A stretch of DNA of 64,000 nucleotides, taken from the NCBI GenBank assembly GCA_947246475.1, contig CAMXSH010000004.1:26701-90700 (forward strand), in the 5' to 3' direction. The notes below the pieces were generated by a model that was given only the letters and a program-made list of their open reading frames with translations, did no database searches and was not told the DNA's origin. The stretch is from an uncultured Roseburia sp. GTDB lineage: Bacteria > Bacillota > Clostridia > Lachnospirales > Lachnospiraceae. A program made the translations under genes and the position numbers. Shown piece by piece: positions 18,812-29,100 of the stretch. Position 1 is the stretch's first letter; every line of letters starts with the position of its first letter.

Positions 18812-20137
18812 TTGAAACAAGAGGATAGTTCAGCTTTGGACCATAAAAACAGCCCATACGATTCCCTGACAGGATTGTATCATCTGGATACTTTTAAGAC
18901 GAATATGAAACAGTATTTAAAAGAACAGGATTCAGAATCCCACCTCGCACTTCTCTATACGGATATCGCACACTTTGAGAGGATTAATAATCTATATGGA
19001 AGAAGCCTGGCAGACAGCCTGCTGCTGGAATTGTCCCGGGTGATATCGGAGATTGATTTTGGACTGTGTCTGTACTGCCGGAGTGTGGCGGATCATTTTG
19101 CCATGCTGGTCAAATTCGAGGAGAAAAAAAAGCTGGATCATGATCTGCAGCAGTTTTGTCAGGAATTTAACCGGTTGGCATTGGAGCGCTTTCCTGAGGC
19201 AGTTCCCCGGCTGGGTATCGGAGCCTTTATCATTCATGACGCATCAGAGCCCATCGATGATATGGTGGAGAAAGCAAATGCGGCGAGAAAGAGTCTGAGA
19301 GGGAGATCTTCGGTGCGGGTTGCCTATTACAATCCAATTGATTTCGGAAAACACCGGAGAGCGAAGGAACTGGAAAAGAATATGGAGTATGCGCTGGCTC
19401 ATAAGGAGTTTAAGGTGTATCTTCAGCCAAAGTATGATCTTGTGACCAAAAAGATGGTCGGAGCAGAAGCCCTTGTCCGCTGGGTGAAGGAAGATGGGAC
19501 GATGATCTTTCCGGATGAATTTATCCCAGTATTTGAAAAAAATGGTTTTATCAAGCAGTTGGATTTCTATATGCTGGAGCAGGTTTGTGAAATGCTTCGC
19601 AGAAGACTGACAAAAAATAAAGTCTGCTTTCCTATCTCCATCAACCAGTCAAGAGTCCTGTTAAATAGCGAGACTTATACCGCAGATGTGGCAATGGTAC
19701 TGAGCAGCCATGATACGCCGCCGGATCTGATCGAGCTGGAGCTGACAGAGAGGATTTTTTCGGATTCCCTGGATGAAATGGCGAAGATGATGTCTGTACT
19801 TAAAGATTTAGGAATCCGATGGTCCATTGATGATTTTGGAACCGGGTATTCATCGCTGAATCTCCTGAAAAAACTGCCAGTGGATATTATAAAGATTGAC
19901 AAGGCATTTTTGGACGAGACAGAGACTTCGAATGTGAGCAAAATTATTATAAGAAAAACGGTAGAACTTACCCAGGAACTTGATAAAATGGTGGTCTGCG
20001 AGGGCGTGGAGACTGAGGAACAGGCAAGTTACCTCAAAGCGATCCACTGTGATCTCGCCCAGGGGTATCTGTATGCAAAGCCGATGCCGATGGATGAATT
20101 TGAAAAATTGATGGATTCCACGGAAGTTGTGGCATAG
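18812..20137 (+). CDS. Degenerate-GGDEF + EAL domain c-di-GMP phosphodiesterase
   Basis: YDSLTGL and DIAHFERINNLYG mark a GGDEF domain whose active site reads SVADHF. EAL motifs are intact (AEALVRW, PDEFIP, ELTE, IDDFGTGYSSL, EGVE, QGY). Confidence 0.92.
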   Translation: MKQEDSSALDHKNSPYDSLTGLYHLDTFKTNMKQYLKEQDSESHLALLYTDIAHFERINNLYGRSLADSLLLELSRVISEIDFGLCLYCRSVADHFAMLVKFEEKKKLDHDLQQFCQEFNRLALERFPEAVPRLGIGAFIIHDASEPIDDMVEKANAARKSLRGRSSVRVAYYNPIDFGKHRRAKELEKNMEYALAHKEFKVYLQPKYDLVTKKMVGAEALVRWVKEDGTMIFPDEFIPVFEKNGFIKQLDFYMLEQVCEMLRRRLTKNKVCFPISINQSRVLLNSETYTADVAMVLSSHDTPPDLIELELTERIFSDSLDEMAKMMSVLKDLGIRWSIDDFGTGYSSLNLLKKLPVDIIKIDKAFLDETETSNVSKIIIRKTVELTQELDKMVVCEGVETEEQASYLKAIHCDLAQGYLYAKPMPMDEFEKLMDSTEVVA

Positions 20138-20240
20138 TTCTGTTATTTACATAAAAGCCGCTGCAAGGCAGGATAGTTTTGATTATGTAGTATCTGCATG
20201 ATGCTATCATATATATAAAAATTTTTAGGAGGTATTCATA

Positions 20241-20900
20241 ATGAAGTTTTTTGTTGACACAGCAAAAATTGATGACATTAAGAAAGCTAATGATATGGGT
20301 GTAATCTGTGGTGTTACTACAAACCCGTCGTTGATCGCGAAAGAGGGTGGCAGAAGCCAGGAAGATGTTTTGAAAGAGATTGCTTCTATCGTGGATGGTC
20401 CCATCAGCGGTGAGGTAAAGGCGACCACTGTTGATGCAGAGGGCATGATCGCAGAGGGAAGAGAGATTGCCAAACTTCATCCTAATATGGTAGTAAAAAT
20501 TCCTATGACAGTAGAAGGACTGAAAGCTACAAAAGTACTGGCCAGTGAAGGGATTGATGTAAATGTTACGTTGATCTTTACTGCCAATCAGGCGCTTCTT
20601 GCAGCCAAGGCAGGCGCTGCTTATGTATCTCCGTTCCTGGGACGTCTGGATGACATATCCCAGGCAGGGATCGATCTGATCGAGTCTATTTCTGCTATTT
20701 TTGCCAATTATCCGGATATTGATACCGAGATCATTGCAGCCAGCGTCCGTAATCCGATCCATGTAACAGACTGCGCTCTTGCTGGAGCAGACATCGCTAC
20801 CGTTCCATACGGAGTGATCGAGCAGATGACAAAGCATCCGCTGACAGATCAGGGAATTGCGAAGTTCCAGGCAGACTATAAAGCGGTGTTCGGGGAATAA
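20241..20900 (+). CDS. fsa: Transaldolase / fructose-6-phosphate aldolase (small TalC/Fsa family)
   Basis: [34 protein letters not shown] and AASVR motifs. Confidence 0.93.
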   Translation: MKFFVDTAKIDDIKKANDMGVICGVTTNPSLIAKEGGRSQEDVLKEIASIVDGPISGEVKATTVDAEGMIAEGREIAKLHPNMVVKIPMTVEGLKATKVLASEGIDVNVTLIFTANQALLAAKAGAAYVSPFLGRLDDISQAGIDLIESISAIFANYPDIDTEIIAASVRNPIHVTDCALAGADIATVPYGVIEQMTKHPLTDQGIAKFQADYKAVFGE

Positions 20901-20984
20901 AATGTCCCACAAAGTGGGACATGGCAAGTTTGCAGGCAAAACTGTGAACCGTGACAATCATAAAATATAAAAGGAGTAAAAACT

Positions 20985-21812
20985 ATGAATACGTTAGAAC
21001 TGAAAAAAATGGCTAACGAAGTTCGTAAGGGTATTGTGACTGCTGTACATAGTGCAAAGTCTGGTCATCCGGGTGGATCACTTTCAGCAGCAGATATTTA
21101 CACATATCTTTTCTTTGAGGAACTGAATATTGATCCGAAGGATCCGCAGAAAGCAGACAGAGACCGTTTTGTGCTCAGTAAAGGGCATACGGCGCCAGGT
21201 TATTATTCTGCACTGGCGAACAGGGGATTTTTCCCAGTGAAAGATCTTGAAACCCTTCGCCATACAGGATCTTATCTGCAGGGACATCCGGATAAAAAGC
21301 ATATTCCGGGCGTAGATATGTCAAGTGGTTCTCTGGGACAGGGAATTTCCGCTGCTGTTGGAATGGCATTATCTGCAAAACTCAGTGGGGATGATTATCG
21401 TGTATATACCCTGCTTGGGGATGGAGAGATCCAGGAAGGACAAGTATGGGAGGCAGCAATGTTTGCCGGACATCGTAAACTGGACAATTTTGTTGCTATC
21501 GTGGACAACAATGGGCTTCAGATCGATGGAGATATCGCAGATGTATGCTCCCCATATCCCATCGATGATAAATTCAAGGCGTTTAATTTCCATGTGATCA
21601 ATGTGGACGCCCATGATTTCGACGCATTGAAAAAAGCCTTTGATGAGGCGAAGGCAACCAAGGGACAGCCGACAGCGATCATTGCCAAGAGTGTAAAGGG
21701 CAAAGGCGTATCCTTTATGGAAAATCAGGCAAGCTGGCATGGTGCAGCTCCGAATGACGAGCAGTATGCACAGGCTATGGCAGACTTAGAGAAAGTAGGT
21801 GAATCCCTGTGA
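20985..21812 (+). CDS. Transketolase, N-terminal (TPP-binding) subunit
   Basis: SGHPGGSLS, DRFVLSKGH, LQGHP, GSLGQG, LGDGEIQEG and WHG motifs. Confidence 0.95.
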   Translation: MNTLELKKMANEVRKGIVTAVHSAKSGHPGGSLSAADIYTYLFFEELNIDPKDPQKADRDRFVLSKGHTAPGYYSALANRGFFPVKDLETLRHTGSYLQGHPDKKHIPGVDMSSGSLGQGISAAVGMALSAKLSGDDYRVYTLLGDGEIQEGQVWEAAMFAGHRKLDNFVAIVDNNGLQIDGDIADVCSPYPIDDKFKAFNFHVINVDAHDFDALKKAFDEAKATKGQPTAIIAKSVKGKGVSFMENQASWHGAAPNDEQYAQAMADLEKVGESL

Positions 21813-22750
21813 GTGAAGTAAAAAAGATTGCGACTCGTGAGAGTTATGGAAATGCCCTGGCAGAGCTGGGAGCAGAATTTGAGAACCTGGTTGTTCTGGA
21901 TGCGGACCTTGCCGCTGCTACAAAGACGGGAGTGTTTAAAAAAGCATTTCCGGACAGACACATAGACTGTGGTATCGCAGAGTGTAATATGATTGGCATT
22001 GCCGCAGGACTTGCCGCTACCGGTAAGATTCCTTTTGCTAGTTCTTTTGCCATGTTTGCAGCAGGACGTGCCTTTGAGCAGGTTCGCAACTCCGTTGCTT
22101 ATCCGAAACTGAATGTGAAGATCGGAGCCACCCATGCGGGAATTTCCGTAGGTGAGGATGGAGCTACCCACCAGTGTAATGAGGATATCGCCTTAATGCG
22201 TACGATCCCAGGAATGGTAGTTCTCAATCCATCAGATGACGTGGAAGCAAAGGCAGCAGTACGGGCAGCCATCGAACATGAAGGTCCGGTATATCTTCGT
22301 TTTGGACGTCTCGCTGTACCTGTGATCAATGACAAGCCGGATTATAAGTTTGAGCTTGGCAAGGGTGTTGTACTTCGTGAAGGCAAAGATGTAACCATTA
22401 TCGCTACTGGACTGCCTGTATCTGAGTGTATGGCAGCAGCAGATAAACTGTCAGCTGACGGCATCGATGCGAAAGTGATCAATATACATACTATCAAACC
22501 TCTGGATGAGGAGCTTGTTCTGGCAGCAGCCAAAGAGACTGGCAAAGTAGTAACCGTTGAGGAACACTCTGTGATCGGTGGACTTGGAAGCGCAGTGTGT
22601 GATGTGCTTTCTGAGAAATGCCCGACTAAAGTTATGAAGATCGGTATCAATGACACCTTTGGTGAATCAGGACCTGCTGTTGAGCTGGTTAAGAAATATG
22701 GTCTTGACGCAGACAGCATCTATGCAAAGGTAAAGGATTTTGCTAAATAA
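21809..22750 (+). CDS. Transketolase, C-terminal subunit
   Basis: ATRESYG, DADL, CGIAECNM, GEDGATHQ, TIKPLD and EEHSVIGGLG motifs. Confidence 0.95.
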   Translation: MSEVKKIATRESYGNALAELGAEFENLVVLDADLAAATKTGVFKKAFPDRHIDCGIAECNMIGIAAGLAATGKIPFASSFAMFAAGRAFEQVRNSVAYPKLNVKIGATHAGISVGEDGATHQCNEDIALMRTIPGMVVLNPSDDVEAKAAVRAAIEHEGPVYLRFGRLAVPVINDKPDYKFELGKGVVLREGKDVTIIATGLPVSECMAAADKLSADGIDAKVINIHTIKPLDEELVLAAAKETGKVVTVEEHSVIGGLGSAVCDVLSEKCPTKVMKIGINDTFGESGPAVELVKKYGLDADSIYAKVKDFAK

Positions 22751-22794
22751 TAAAGATTTTTATTAAATTATTACACTAGTACAAAACAAAAGAG

Positions 22795-22860
22795 ATGGGG
22801 ATTATGTTTCTGACCGAATCATAGTCCCCATTGTATAGCCCAGCGCCGTCTGGCTATACA
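22795..22860 (+). terminator. Two adjacent hairpins after the tal-tkt operon
   Basis: Imperfect inverted repeats at 22795-22831 (ATGGGGATTATG.../...CATAGTCCCCAT) and 22832-22860 (TGTATAGCC.../...GGCTATACA). Confidence 0.55.
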
Positions 22861-22925
22861 AACGAGAAAACGGTAAAAGAAGGAATATACAGCACACTAG
22901 TTGGAATGAGAAGGGGAGTGTAAAC

Positions 22926-24251
22926 TTGAAATCTTTTACATGTATACCATTAAAGAAAAATCAACGATATGAAGTGACTGTGCCGGGTTCTAAGAGCATA
23001 ACGAACCGGGCGCTTCTTTTGGGAGCACTGGGCAAAGGAAAGACTGTACTAAAAGGCGTTCTTTTCAGTGACGATTCCAGGGTGTTCATGCAGGCGCTGA
23101 AAGAGATTGGTTTTTATGTGGATATTGAAGAAGAAGAAAAGATAGTGACCATTGAGGGAATGGGGGGAGAAATTCCGGGTGACGGGACTCTGGAGAGAAG
23201 AGTGTATGTAGGGAGTGCGGGAACTGCCGCCCGGTTTCTCACAGCGATGCTGGCACTATCTGGTGGGAGATTTCTGGTGGAGTCCTCGGAACAGATGAAG
23301 GCAAGACCGATGAAACCACTGCTCCTGGCGCTGGAAGAGCTGGGGGCGGAGTTTGAATATCTGGAGGAATCTTATGCTTTTCCGTTCCGCATCCTTGGGA
23401 GGAGATCCCAGGGGAAATCTGTGCTGGAAGAGAATTCACCCAGAGTAGACCTGAATATCGATCAGAGCAGCCAGTTTTTAAGCGCCCTGCTTTTGAGCGG
23501 TGTCATGTGCAGCGGAGGATTGACGATCCGTCTGACAGGAACACGAAGTGCGAAGGCCTATGTGAATATATCCATGAGAATGATGGAAGAATTTGGATGT
23601 GAGGTGGAGCAGATGGGGGAAGATACCTACCGTGTGCTGCCGGAGCAGCAGTACCAGGCAGGGGAATATCAGGTGGAACCAGATGTATCTGCGGCGTGTT
23701 ATTTTTATGCCATAGCGGCAGTGACAGAGAGTGAGGTAAAGGTAAAGCATGTACACAGCAATACTACTCAGGGAGATATCCGCTTCCTGGAAGTTTTACA
23801 GCGTATGGGATGCCAGCAGAGAGAAGAGGAGGACGGTATCGTCGTAGCCGGTGCCCCATTAAAAGGGGTTCATGTGGATATGGGGGATTTTTCCGACCAG
23901 ACCATGACACTGGCTGCCATTGCTCCCTTCGCTGAGGGGGACACGGTCATCGATGGCGTAGGGCATATCCGGGGACAGGAGTCTGACCGGATCCGGGGCA
24001 TTGTCACGGAGCTTGGCAGGATGGGCATCCAGTGTGAGGAACGGCAGGATGGACTGACGGTCCATCCCGGTGAGGTCCGCCCAGCGGTGGTTCAGACTTA
24101 TGAGGACCACCGGATGGCGATGGCATTTGCCGTTACCGGCTGCAGGGCCGGAGGGATTGTTATAGAAGATCCAGGGTGCTGCCGTAAAACATTTGAAAAT
24201 TATTTTGAAGTGTTGACAAGTCTCGATTTAACAACTAATATAAAAGAATGA
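22926..24251 (+). CDS. aroA: 3-phosphoshikimate 1-carboxyvinyltransferase (EPSP synthase)
   Basis: VPGSKSITNRA, GSAGTAARF, RPM, SSQFLSALL, ESDRI and DHRMAM motifs. Confidence 0.95.
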   Translation: MKSFTCIPLKKNQRYEVTVPGSKSITNRALLLGALGKGKTVLKGVLFSDDSRVFMQALKEIGFYVDIEEEEKIVTIEGMGGEIPGDGTLERRVYVGSAGTAARFLTAMLALSGGRFLVESSEQMKARPMKPLLLALEELGAEFEYLEESYAFPFRILGRRSQGKSVLEENSPRVDLNIDQSSQFLSALLLSGVMCSGGLTIRLTGTRSAKAYVNISMRMMEEFGCEVEQMGEDTYRVLPEQQYQAGEYQVEPDVSAACYFYAIAAVTESEVKVKHVHSNTTQGDIRFLEVLQRMGCQQREEEDGIVVAGAPLKGVHVDMGDFSDQTMTLAAIAPFAEGDTVIDGVGHIRGQESDRIRGIVTELGRMGIQCEERQDGLTVHPGEVRPAVVQTYEDHRMAMAFAVTGCRAGGIVIEDPGCCRKTFENYFEVLTSLDLTTNIKE

Positions 24252-24289
24252 CAGAAATAAGTTGTTAGAACAGATGAATGGAGAGTAGT

Positions 24290-26068
24290 ATGAAAAAGTT
24301 GACGGAACAGTTAGAAGAGATTGTAAAAGCCGGCTTTGAGCGGGCAGGTTATGACAAAAAGTACGGATTTATCAGTGTTTCCAATCGTCCAGATCTATGC
24401 CAGTACCAGTGCAATGGTGCGATGGCGGCGGCAAAGGAGTATCATAAAGCGCCGATCCAGATCGCCGGGGATGTGGTAGAAGGATTAAGGGAGAATTCTG
24501 CCTTTGAAAAGATTGAGGCAGTCAACCCTGGTTTTATAAATATAACAGTAAGTGGAGAATTGCTGAGACAGGCTGGCGTTCAAATGATGACACAGGAGCG
24601 GTTCGGCCTTGAAAGGTCAGCAGAACCGAGATCCGTGGTGATCGATTATGGTGGGCCGAATGTGGCGAAACCCCTTCATGTGGGCCATCTCCGTTCCGCT
24701 ATCATTGGAGAGAGTATCAAGAGGATTTACCGCTATATGGGAGATCATATCCTGGGCGATGTGCATCTCGGCGACTGGGGCCTTCAGATTGGTCTGATTA
24801 TCACAGAGCTGAAAAAGCGTCAGCCGGAGCTTCCGTATTTTGATGAGAGTTTTGAAGGGGAGTATCCGGAGGAAGCGCCCTTTACGATATCAGATCTGGA
24901 AGAGATTTATCCCTATGCTAGCGGTTATTCAAAAGAACACGAAGATTATCTGGCTGAGGCACAGGAAGCGACAGTAAGGCTCCAGGAGGGGAACCGGGGA
25001 TACCGTGCCCTCTATGACCACATTTTGAACGTATCCGTTGTAGATTTAAAGAAAAATTATGAAAAATTAAATGTTGAATTTGATCTGTGGAAAAAAGAGA
25101 GCGATGCCCAGCCCTATATCCCGGCTATGGTGGAAAAGTTGAAGGCAGATGGCCTTGCTTATATGAGTGAGGGAGCGTTAGTGGTGGACGTCACAGAAGA
25201 GGGCGACAAAAAAGAGCTTCCACCATGTATCATCCTGAAATCCAATGGGGCATCATTATATTCCACCACAGATCTTGCTACAATTGTAGAACGTGAGAAG
25301 CTGTTCGCGCCGAAGGAGATCATTTATCTGGCGGACAAACGTCAGACCATGCATTTTACCCAGGTGTTCCGCGTGGCGAAAAAGGCAGGGCTTGCTGGTG
25401 ATGACACGGAGCTTACCTTTATTGGTTTTGGCACCATGAATGGAAAGGATGGAAAACCTTTTAAGACGAGAGACGGCGGGGTTCTGCGATTAGAGACACT
25501 GCGGGAGGATACCAGTACAGAAGTGTATAAAAAGATTCAGGAAAACCGTGATTATGAGGAGGCAGAAGCGAGGGAGATCGCAGAGAAGGTCGGCCTTGCG
25601 GCGATCAAATACGGAGATCTGTCCAATCAGGCGTCCAAAGATTATATATTTGATATGGAGCGTTTTACCTCTTTTGAAGGAAATACAGGGCCATATATAC
25701 TTTATACCATCGTCCGCATCAAATCGCTGCTTGCCAAGTATGAACAGGCAGGAGGAAGGGTATCCCCGACGGGTGAATCGGAGAAACTTCTGGCGCCGGT
25801 TCAGGACAGCGAAACTGGATTGTATCTGACACTGTGCAAATTTGCAGATACGGTGGAAGCTGCCTACAGTGAGAGAGCTCCCCATAAGATCTGTCAGTTT
25901 ATCTATGAACTGAGTGAGAGTTTTAACCGCTTTTATCATGAAAATAAGATTCTGGCCAATGAGGATGAGGAAAGGAAGACTTCCTATATCCAGCTGCTTG
26001 TGCTGGTGAAAAATGTACTGGAACAGTGTGTTGAACTGCTTGGTTTCAGCGCACCGGACCGGATGTAG
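24290..26068 (+). CDS. argS: Arginine-tRNA ligase
   Basis: GPNVAKPLHVGHLRS (HIGH-like), HLGDWGLQIG, KPFKTRDG, FEGNTGPY and FNRFYHE motifs. Confidence 0.97.
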   Translation: MKKLTEQLEEIVKAGFERAGYDKKYGFISVSNRPDLCQYQCNGAMAAAKEYHKAPIQIAGDVVEGLRENSAFEKIEAVNPGFINITVSGELLRQAGVQMMTQERFGLERSAEPRSVVIDYGGPNVAKPLHVGHLRSAIIGESIKRIYRYMGDHILGDVHLGDWGLQIGLIITELKKRQPELPYFDESFEGEYPEEAPFTISDLEEIYPYASGYSKEHEDYLAEAQEATVRLQEGNRGYRALYDHILNVSVVDLKKNYEKLNVEFDLWKKESDAQPYIPAMVEKLKADGLAYMSEGALVVDVTEEGDKKELPPCIILKSNGASLYSTTDLATIVEREKLFAPKEIIYLADKRQTMHFTQVFRVAKKAGLAGDDTELTFIGFGTMNGKDGKPFKTRDGGVLRLETLREDTSTEVYKKIQENRDYEEAEAREIAEKVGLAAIKYGDLSNQASKDYIFDMERFTSFEGNTGPYILYTIVRIKSLLAKYEQAGGRVSPTGESEKLLAPVQDSETGLYLTLCKFADTVEAAYSERAPHKICQFIYELSESFNRFYHENKILANEDEERKTSYIQLLVLVKNVLEQCVELLGFSAPDRM

Positions 26069-26119
26069 CCCGACAGCCAGATAAAAATATTACTAACATG
26101 GAAGAAATGGGGAAATAGG

Positions 26120-27451
26120 ATGTATCGTCATGTGTCAAGACTGATCATGTATGGAAATATCAGCAGGGATTCGGTGCTGATGAAGCTGAGCGGGATCTTT
26201 AAGAAGATCTCGGAGGACAGCGGGATTGCTGCCGGCAGGGAAAGTTATGTAAGGGAGATGTACGACCAGGTGTACAGGCTTCTGGATATCGCTACCAGAT
26301 ACGGTTTCGACAATAATCTGTGGCAGTGTTATATCGCGTATCTGCTCGCTGTCAATGAAAATCCCTTTAGTGTGATCTGCGAGAAAGTGGGGGTGGATCA
26401 TGAAAAGGAGGATGCCGCCAGCGTGAACCGGATCGTAAAACAGGATATGCAGTGCTTTTACCATTTGTTCCATTATGATTTTTCAGAAGTGGAGGCGCTT
26501 CTGGAGGTAGAGTGCTTTTCTATTCTGACCGATTACCATTCAATGGCGAAGGATGAAAATACCTACAATAAAAGTGTCAGCGCGAAAGTGAAAGAACTGG
26601 CAAAGGAGCTTTCTGAAGCCCCGGATGGGGATGGATTTTTCCGGGTTCTGACGGATTTCTATAAAAAATACGGCGTAGGCAGATTTGGACTGAATAAAGC
26701 GTTCCGGGTGAAACACGAAAAGTCCGGCGAGATGGTGCTGGCGCCCATCACCCATACCAGTGATGTGGCTTTATCCCATCTGGTAGGGTATGAGATCCAG
26801 AAACAGAAGCTTATCGATAACACAGAGGCATTTGTGGAGGGGAGAAAGGCGAATAACTGTCTGCTGTTCGGTGACAGCGGCACTGGAAAATCCACCTGCA
26901 TCAAGGCTGTTCTGAATCAATATTATGACCGTGGCCTCCGGCTGATCGAGATCTATAAGCATCAGCTTCAGGATCTCTCCAGCATCATCGAGCAGGTGAA
27001 GAACCGAAACTACAGGTTTATCATATATATGGATGATCTCTCTTTTGAAGAATTTGAGATCGAATACAAATATCTGAAGGCGGTCATCGAGGGCGGGATG
27101 GAGGTGCGTCCGGATAACGTGCTGATCTATGCTACCTCAAACCGCCGCCATCTGATCCGGGAGACCTGGAGCGACCGCTCGGATATGTCCAAGGATGAGC
27201 TCCATCACTCGGATACAATGCAGGAAAAACTTTCCCTGGCGGCCCGCTTTGGCGTAACCATCAATTTTTCCAGCCCGTCGAAAAAGGAATTTGAGGAGAT
27301 CGTCCTGGGGCTGGCAGCGGAGCACCCGGATATCCGCCTTACCAATGAGGAATTGCTGATGAAGGCGAATGCCTGGAGCGTGAGGAACGGCGGCTATTCA
27401 GGAAGAGTAGCGGAGCAGTTCATCATCTATTTAAAATCCGTAAAAGCTTAG
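26120..27451 (+). CDS. AAA+ family ATP-binding protein (DUF815-like)
   Basis: NCLLFGDSGTGKST, FIIYMDDLSFE, YATSNRRHL, EKLSLAARFG and SGRVAEQF motifs. Confidence 0.88.
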   Translation: MYRHVSRLIMYGNISRDSVLMKLSGIFKKISEDSGIAAGRESYVREMYDQVYRLLDIATRYGFDNNLWQCYIAYLLAVNENPFSVICEKVGVDHEKEDAASVNRIVKQDMQCFYHLFHYDFSEVEALLEVECFSILTDYHSMAKDENTYNKSVSAKVKELAKELSEAPDGDGFFRVLTDFYKKYGVGRFGLNKAFRVKHEKSGEMVLAPITHTSDVALSHLVGYEIQKQKLIDNTEAFVEGRKANNCLLFGDSGTGKSTCIKAVLNQYYDRGLRLIEIYKHQLQDLSSIIEQVKNRNYRFIIYMDDLSFEEFEIEYKYLKAVIEGGMEVRPDNVLIYATSNRRHLIRETWSDRSDMSKDELHHSDTMQEKLSLAARFGVTINFSSPSKKEFEEIVLGLAAEHPDIRLTNEELLMKANAWSVRNGGYSGRVAEQFIIYLKSVKA

Positions 27452-27459
27452 AAAGGAAA

Positions 27460-28002
27460 ATGGAAATGTTCGAGAGATTTTTTCCAGATGAGTCGGTATC
27501 ATCCACCTATGATATTGACTTTCAGAGTTTGTATGAGGAAGGCTACCGGGGAATCCTGTTTGACATTGACAATACTCTGGTGGAACATGGCAAGGGGGCC
27601 AGTGACCAGGCACTGGATCTGTTTCACCGGCTTAAAGAGATAGGGTTTCAGTGCTGTCTGATCTCCAACAATAAAAAACAGCGGGTCAGCAGTTTTAACG
27701 AAAAAATTGGCGCCCATATGATCTTTAACGCCCATAAGCCCAGAAGAAAAGGCTATCGCGAGGCCATGGAAATGATGGGGACGAACAAAGAAAATACCCT
27801 TTTTGTAGGCGACCAGCTCTTTACGGATATATGGGGGGCAAAACGCATCGGGATACGGAATATCCTGGTGAAACCCATCAATAAAAACGAGGAAATCCAG
27901 ATCGTTCTTAAACGGTATTTGGAAAAAATCATTTTGAAAGAATATCGTCAGAAAAAGAAGGATAGAAAGAATGGAAAGAATGAAAAAAATATTACTTGCT
28001 AG
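27460..28002 (+). CDS. YqeG-family HAD IIIA phosphatase
   Basis: FDIDNTLV, SNN, AHKP and VGDQLFTDIWG motifs. Confidence 0.9.
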   Translation: MEMFERFFPDESVSSTYDIDFQSLYEEGYRGILFDIDNTLVEHGKGASDQALDLFHRLKEIGFQCCLISNNKKQRVSSFNEKIGAHMIFNAHKPRRKGYREAMEMMGTNKENTLFVGDQLFTDIWGAKRIGIRNILVKPINKNEEIQIVLKRYLEKIILKEYRQKKKDRKNGKNEKNITC

Positions 28003-29077
28003 GAAGCTGGACGGCATACTGGTCAGCTCACCGGCAAATATGAGAAGTTCCGTCGGGTTTCGGGGAGAGGGGATTGTTTTTGTTTCCAGGAACAGACCGC
28101 TGGTGTTTACGGACTCCCGCTACACCATCGCGGCAAAAGAGGAATGTCCGGAAGCAGATGTGATCCAATATAAAAAAAATATTTATGAAAACTGGCTTTT
28201 GGAGCTGCTGGAACGCCTGGGCAGGGAGGCAGCAGCCGGGATATCCATCGGATTTGAGTATGAGACCATGACGGTTCAGACTTATCAGACAATACTTGCA
28301 CTTTTTGAAAAGCATGAAGTGGAAAATATAACACTGGTGCCCCTGCATAAAGAACTGGATCAGCTCCGGCAGGTGAAGACGGAACAGGAGCTTCTGGCTA
28401 TAGAAAAGGCAGAACAGATCGGAGACAGGGCATTTGCCCGGATCGTTGAGAAGATCAGAGAGAGCCGGAGCCGGGGAGAAGACATGACGGAAAAACAGGT
28501 GGCGGCTTACCTGGAATTTTACATGAAAGAAATGGGGGCAGAGGGGACTAGTTTTGATACCATCGCTGCCAGCGGGATCCACTCTTCCATGCCCCATGCC
28601 ATTCCTACCGACAAGGCGCTGGAAGATGGGGACTTTCTGACGATGGATTTTGGATGCCGGGTGAACGGATACTGCTCCGATATGACCCGTACGGTCGTGA
28701 TCGGTGGGGCAGATGAGCGGCAGAAGGAGATCTACGATGTGGTGCTGCGGGCACAGACAGCGGCGATCCAGGCAGTGAAGCCAGGGAAAAGGGGTTGTGA
28801 GATTGACGCGGTGGCGCGGGATATTATCCGGGAGGCGGGTTATGGAGATTGTTTTGGCCATAGCCTGGGCCACAGTGTGGGTCTGATGATCCATGAGACG
28901 CCCTGCTTTTCCCCGAAAGATGAAACCGTCCTGGAGCCGGGAATGGTTATTACCGTGGAGCCAGGGATCTATGTAGAAGGTTTTGGGGGCGTGAGAATCG
29001 AGGATGTGGTGGCAGTTACAAAAGGCGGCTGCCGGAATCTTACCCATTCTCCCAAAGAATTGATGGAACTGAGATAA
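27971..29077 (+). CDS. Xaa-Pro aminopeptidase (M24 family)
   Basis: MDFGC, YCSDMTRT, FGHSLGHSVGLMIHE, TVEPGIY and GVRIED motifs. Confidence 0.93.
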   Translation: MERMKKILLARKLDGILVSSPANMRSSVGFRGEGIVFVSRNRPLVFTDSRYTIAAKEECPEADVIQYKKNIYENWLLELLERLGREAAAGISIGFEYETMTVQTYQTILALFEKHEVENITLVPLHKELDQLRQVKTEQELLAIEKAEQIGDRAFARIVEKIRESRSRGEDMTEKQVAAYLEFYMKEMGAEGTSFDTIAASGIHSSMPHAIPTDKALEDGDFLTMDFGCRVNGYCSDMTRTVVIGGADERQKEIYDVVLRAQTAAIQAVKPGKRGCEIDAVARDIIREAGYGDCFGHSLGHSVGLMIHETPCFSPKDETVLEPGMVITVEPGIYVEGFGGVRIEDVVAVTKGGCRNLTHSPKELMELR

Positions 29078-29100
29078 TAGAAGAAAGAGAGATAGACAGG

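Noticed and set aside
20923-20941. TGTCCCAC-AAA-GTGGGACA hairpin between fsa and tkt
   Set aside because: A short stem with no U tract inside an operon; most likely an mRNA-stabilising hairpin with nothing further to support.
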